64,000 bases of DNA from Candidatus Altimarinota bacterium (GTDB lineage: Bacteria; Patescibacteriota; Gracilibacteria; UBA1369), in assembly GCA_963677745.1 (NCBI GenBank), contig OY782391.1:864001-928000 (forward strand), given 5' to 3'. This document shows positions 60,352 through 64,000 of the stretch, piece by piece. How positions within the stretch are numbered: the first letter of the stretch is position 1; the number at the start of each line of letters is the position of its first letter. Below the pieces are notes generated by a model that ran no database searches, was not told the origin of the DNA, and saw only the letters and a program-made list of their open reading frames with translations. The position numbers and the translations under genes were made by a program.

Positions 60352-61140
60352 TCACTTAATTACTGCCACCACAGCAAATCTGCCTGTCTGGCCTTTGTCT
60401 TTGCGGAAAGAAAAAAACTTGGCGCCATCCTCCGGATCGGCCGTGTCGATTTTGGCCACCTCGATTTTATTGGGTTGTATGCCGTGGGAAATCAGCTGAT
60501 GGCGGGAATATTCCCACATATCCAGATGGTTGTTTTTTACAAAAGGCCGGAACTCGGGTCCCAGTTCCTTTTCAGGATCGCTGAATTGGCTGTGAGCAGG
60601 TCCCAGGGAAGGGGAAATTCCCACCAGTATATGGGCAGGATTGGATCCCAGTTTTACCATTTCTTTAATAATTTCGGCGTTGATATCCTGCTTCAGACCC
60701 CTCCAGCCGTTATGCGCCAGTCCGAGAATTTTTTTACCCGGATCAAAAAACAGCACCACCTGGCAGTCGGCCACTTTCATCATCAGTCCGATGCCGGGTT
60801 GATTGGTTACAAAGCCGTCCGTCTCGTCCACTTCCACCGTGCGGTGTCCCGGACCGAAAATCTTTTCCCGGATTATTTGGTCCACCGTCAGAACATTTTT
60901 ACTGTGAATTTGATGGGCCGACAGACAATACCGCAGTCCCATTGCTCGTAAGATGCGGCGGCGGTTCTCGAGAACATTTTCGCGTTTGTCGCCGTTGTCA
61001 AAACTGACATTGAGGGAATTATAGGGGGCCGGGCTTACGCCGCCGCTTCTGGTAAAAACGGCATGGTCCAGATCTCCGGAAAACCCTTCGATCAGATGAA
61101 ACTGGAAACAGGGCAGTCCGCCCCTGGAAATTTTTTTCAT
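60352..61140 (-). CDS. YfiH/PgeF family protein
   Basis: FTR.GG.S, SLN, Q.HS, ADC, AH.GWRG, FFS.R. Confidence 0.9.
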   Translation of the reverse strand: MKKISRGGLPCFQFHLIEGFSGDLDHAVFTRSGGVSPAPYNSLNVSFDNGDKRENVLENRRRILRAMGLRYCLSAHQIHSKNVLTVDQIIREKIFGPGHRTVEVDETDGFVTNQPGIGLMMKVADCQVVLFFDPGKKILGLAHNGWRGLKQDINAEIIKEMVKLGSNPAHILVGISPSLGPAHSQFSDPEKELGPEFRPFVKNNHLDMWEYSRHQLISHGIQPNKIEVAKIDTADPEDGAKFFSFRKDKGQTGRFAVVAVIK

Positions 61141-61143
61141 TGT

Positions 61144-61998
61144 TTATTTTAAGATGTCTTTGACAATAAACGGGATTTCTTGGGCCAGGTCGCTGGAGGT
61201 GAAGGCATAGCCCTTGTTCTTCAGCAAACGGTCCCCGGCGCTGCCCATAATGAAGGCACCGCAGGCGCAGGCATCATAAGGAGTGAGTCCCTGCGCAATC
61301 AAACCGGCCACCAGGCCGGACAACACGTCTCCGCTTCCTCCGACCGTCATTCCGGCATTGCCGGTGTTGTTTTCTTCAACCCGTCCGTCCTCGCCGGCAA
61401 TAATATCGAGAGGGCCTTTCAATAAAATATTAATATTCAGATCCTTGGCCAAAGTCCGTATCACCCTGATTTTGTGATCTTTGAGATCCTGAATTTTGAA
61501 AGGTTTGCCGGTCAATTTTTCAAATTCCGTATGGTGGGGAGTAATCACCAGAGGCTGCTTGAGAGGCATCTTGTCGAGCATTTCCAATACCTGTATGGCC
61601 GTGGAGTCCAACACCGTGGGAATTGTAAACTGTTCTACCAGGTGTTTGAGCGTGCGCATGGTTTCCGTCCGGTCGCCCAGTCCTGGTCCCAAGATCACCA
61701 CATCGGCTTTTTTAGCCATAGCCAGTATGGTTTCCTGCGCGCGGGTAGTCAGAAATTCCCCGGGATATTTTCGGACAATCAAATCGGGCGCAAAGCTTCT
61801 GGTTACATCAAAATTGCACTCAGGCACGGCCATATAGACCATGTCGGCACCAGAATTCAACGCTCCCCAGGCCGAAAAAATCGGAGCACCGTGATAATCA
61901 ATGCTGCCCCCAACCACCAGCACCCTTCCGTTTTTGCTTTTGTAACTCTGGGGATTCCTTTTGGGAAGATTCTTCTTGATGTCGGAAAGTTTGAACAT
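61144..61998 (-). CDS. nnrD: ADP-dependent NAD(P)HX dehydratase
   Basis: G.VLVVGGS..Y.GAP, GPGLG, TPH..EF, LKG, GSGDVL.G. Confidence 0.92.
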   Translation of the reverse strand: MFKLSDIKKNLPKRNPQSYKSKNGRVLVVGGSIDYHGAPIFSAWGALNSGADMVYMAVPECNFDVTRSFAPDLIVRKYPGEFLTTRAQETILAMAKKADVVILGPGLGDRTETMRTLKHLVEQFTIPTVLDSTAIQVLEMLDKMPLKQPLVITPHHTEFEKLTGKPFKIQDLKDHKIRVIRTLAKDLNINILLKGPLDIIAGEDGRVEENNTGNAGMTVGGSGDVLSGLVAGLIAQGLTPYDACACGAFIMGSAGDRLLKNKGYAFTSSDLAQEIPFIVKDILK

Positions 61999-61999
61999 A

Positions 62000-63520
<1,521 letters not shown>

Positions 63521-63535
63521 TTAATAATCACTCAT

Positions 63536-64000
63536 ATGGAAATCAGCAAACTCAAGGATCAGGGACTGCTCATCAAAACCAAATCGGGCAATCTGGCCAT
63601 CAACCCTCTTCTCAAGGACGGGAAAATTCCGGCGGATGCCGCTAATTGTGATTTTATACTGTCCAGCCTGCCTGAACTGGAAATGGATAAATTTGCGCAA
63701 GACAAACGGATTTTTAGCTGGCCGGGAGAATACGAAATAAAAGGGATTGCCGTGCATTCCAAACCGGTCGCGGCTTATGGCCACGACAGTAAAGCTCCGC
63801 TGCTTTTTGTGATTTATACGGAAGAGGAAAAATGTTGCTATCTTCCCGAGATCCAGGGGCCACTCAGTTCGGAACTGATTGAAAATATCGGGGACGTGGA
63901 CGTGCTGATTTTTCCCGCTGTCGGGGATGAAAAACTCTGGCATTCCACTATCGAGGCAATCGAACCAAAGTCAATGATTCCGCTTTTTGAAGACGGGGGA
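63536..64000 (+). CDS. MBL-fold hydrolase-like protein, truncated at the window end and absent from the ORF track
   Basis: Manual translation MEISKL...SWPGEYEIKGI...IGDVDVLIFP...IEPK.MIP. Confidence 0.75.
   Translation, partial: MEISKLKDQGLLIKTKSGNLAINPLLKDGKIPADAANCDFILSSLPELEMDKFAQDKRIFSWPGEYEIKGIAVHSKPVAAYGHDSKAPLLFVIYTEEEKCCYLPEIQGPLSSELIENIGDVDVLIFPAVGDEKLWHSTIEAIEPKSMIPLFEDGG

Overview
A 64-kb chromosomal window from a bacterium that looks like a Patescibacteria/CPR member, most like Peregrinibacteria. This is an inference from gene content and from AT-rich leaders that mostly lack Shine-Dalgarno sites; TGA is used as stop (code 11). Housekeeping content includes argS, recA-recX, nusA, a PilB/GspE ATPase, dprA, ftsE, a Xer-type recombinase, nrdR, pcrA, a DnaJ protein with a CIRCE-like operator, eno, nnrD, a YfiH/PgeF-family gene and 6 tRNAs. 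Envelope content includes an alpha-2-macroglobulin, PBP1C, an L,D-transpeptidase, an SLH S-layer protein and a Wzm/Wzt glycan cluster. The most unusual items are: (1) two GC-rich, Gly-rich, myxobacterial-style lipoprotein genes whose 5' and 3' UTRs are complementary, with covariation between copies, each followed by a conserved ~135-nt structured RNA that offers a competing pairing; (2) an ECF sigma factor directly followed by an alpha-2-macroglobulin with an anti-sigma-like cytoplasmic N-terminus; (3) a ~500-nt heavily base-paired leader before the S-layer gene; (4) a small dispersed GTAAGA/TCTTAC palindrome, one copy in frame inside PBP1C. All calls come from reading motifs by eye; no database search or folding program was run.
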